The notes beneath the pieces were generated by a model. The model saw nothing but the letters and a program-made list of their open reading frames with translations, was not told the origin of the DNA and ran no database searches. 64,000 nt of DNA from Chiloscyllium plagiosum. Taxonomy: Eukaryota. Below are positions 62,347-64,000 of the stretch, piece after piece; within the stretch, counting starts at the first letter, position 1, and each line of letters opens with the position of its first letter. The stretch covers positions 8,242,224 through 8,306,223 of the forward strand of contig NC_057719.1 of NCBI RefSeq assembly GCF_004010195.1, read 5' to 3'. Both the position numbers and the translations under genes were made by a program.

Positions 62347-64000
62347 ATTAATAAGAAACTTGTGAGTCTCTTTAAAATTGGATGGATTGGGTTCCATCTG
62401 GTACAATGACTTTGATTACAATATATTTCTTTGTGCATTTGCATTCGGTGATATTTCTGTGGGCTGGTTTCTTCCCTGATGCTGTAAATATTTTCAAGTT
62501 AGACTGATTGTTTTTATACTGTGGTCAATGGATAGCTGTTTCCTGCTTACACTGTTATACCAGCCTGCTCTGGTGCTTCTCCAGCCTCCTGCTGGGCTTT
62601 ACCTTTGTTACCTACACAGACCTTGAAGTCTGTCTCTCAGTGCTCCTTGCCCCTGCCATGATTGTCCTATTGCATTTCCCCCACTTCGTGAGTCAGGTCC
62701 CTGGGCTGACCTGGTAGTTTATCCATAACACTGCCCTGCTGCTGGGCTTCAATTCAAGCTCTTACCATCACTTTGTCTCCCATTCTGTGAGTCTGGGCTC
62801 GCCACCACCATGTCATAATGTGAGGTCTAACCTCTAATGCATAAATATTAACGATACCTTTATTAACGATACCTTAAAAAGGACACTCTGTTGCAGAGTT
62901 AAGCCCCAGTTCCATGACGAGCTTGTTTCACATCTGCCCCACTCGCTAGCTTTGGTGTTAAAGAACAGATGTTATTTATTTACAATAATCTTCTCATGTC
63001 GTGGCTGTTATTAATGAGATTAGGTTGTTTCCCCAGCTTTACTTGTTTTAATTGGATTCGAGTTTCTGTAGCAGCTAGGGAAAAGTCTCAACCAATGTCC
63101 CTGGAGAATTAATGTAGGCTTCTCAATGGCAAAGGCAGCCAGGTCACTTCCAAGTTACTGCCTCAATAAATAGTTCCTGATAATTATAATCTCTCAGTTC
63201 AGGTACTTCAGCGCAACGTATACTTCCTCAAGACAACCATGCATGGCCTCCAAACACATTTCTACGCATAGACATAGACAGGATGCTTTGGTTTCTTCCC
63301 ACAGTCCAAAGATGTGCAGATTAGGTAAATTGGCCATGCTAAATTGCCCGTAGTGCTAGGTGCATTAGTCAGAGGGAAGCAGGTCTGGGTGGATTACTTT
63401 TCGGAGGGTTGATGTGGACTGGTTGGACCAAAGGGCCTGTTTCCACACTGTAGGAAATCTAATATATCTTGATGGAAATCCACACTTTTTCAGATGTCTT
63501 CATAACATATTTATATAATGACATAAGAATGAGGAACAGGAGGAGGCCGTTCAGCCCCTCAAGCCTGCTCTACCATTTAATACAATCACGGCTATTCTCA
63601 TCTCAGACTCAGCTCCATTTACTTCCCAGTCTCTGTAACATTTTAACCCATTACTAATTGAGAATCCGTCTATTTCCTCCTTAAATTTACTTAGTGTCCT
63701 AATGTCCACCACACACTGTGACAGTGTGATATCTTGACCATTTCAGAGAAGCAATGCCTCCAAACATTCAATCCCTTCATCACCGATGCTCAGTAGTGTG
63801 TCCTATCTACAAGATGTACTGCATAAATTCATCAAAGATCCTCAGACAGCATGTTCTAAACTCACAAGCACTTCTATCTAGGAAGATAAGGGCAGCAGAC
63901 ACATGGGAACACCATCACCTGCAAGTTCCCCTCCAAGACACCCAATCCCTGCTTTAATTCAACCACTTTTAGTGTAACACTATGACCTCTCATTCTAGAT

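Overview
Eukaryotic, vertebrate DNA, almost certainly a shark or other elasmobranch (HE1/V-SINE-type SINEs, abundant CR1-clade LINEs, Penelope-like elements), with five N-gaps. Most of the window is decayed or nested retroelements. The one host gene I can support is a complete, apparently functional, INTRONLESS type-2-like iodothyronine deiodinase selenoprotein gene on the + strand. It has a TATA box at 28562, two short uORFs, a CDS at 28970-29821 (283 aa) read through an in-frame TGA (Sec) at 29351-29353 in the motif NFGSAT-U-PPF, a DIO2-type SECIS at ~30715-30802 and AATAAA at 30919. The ORF track splits this gene in two. Canonical DIO2 has one coding intron, a long 3' UTR and a CRE. This copy lacks the intron, has a ~1.1-kb UTR and a longer C-terminus, and has an E-box palindrome where the CRE is expected, so it may be an unrecognised deiodinase paralog. 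The second theme is several families of Penelope-derived insertions carrying minimal hammerhead-ribozyme motifs, many as short inverted-repeat inserts with 10-16-bp target duplications. One degenerate copy lies in sense orientation in the deiodinase 3' UTR, upstream of the SECIS. Two arrays of a 30-bp minisatellite rich in AP-1 motifs (TGACTCA) lie upstream of the gene. All comparisons to human DIO2 sequences are from memory and need alignment; TE boundaries are approximate unless a TSD is given.
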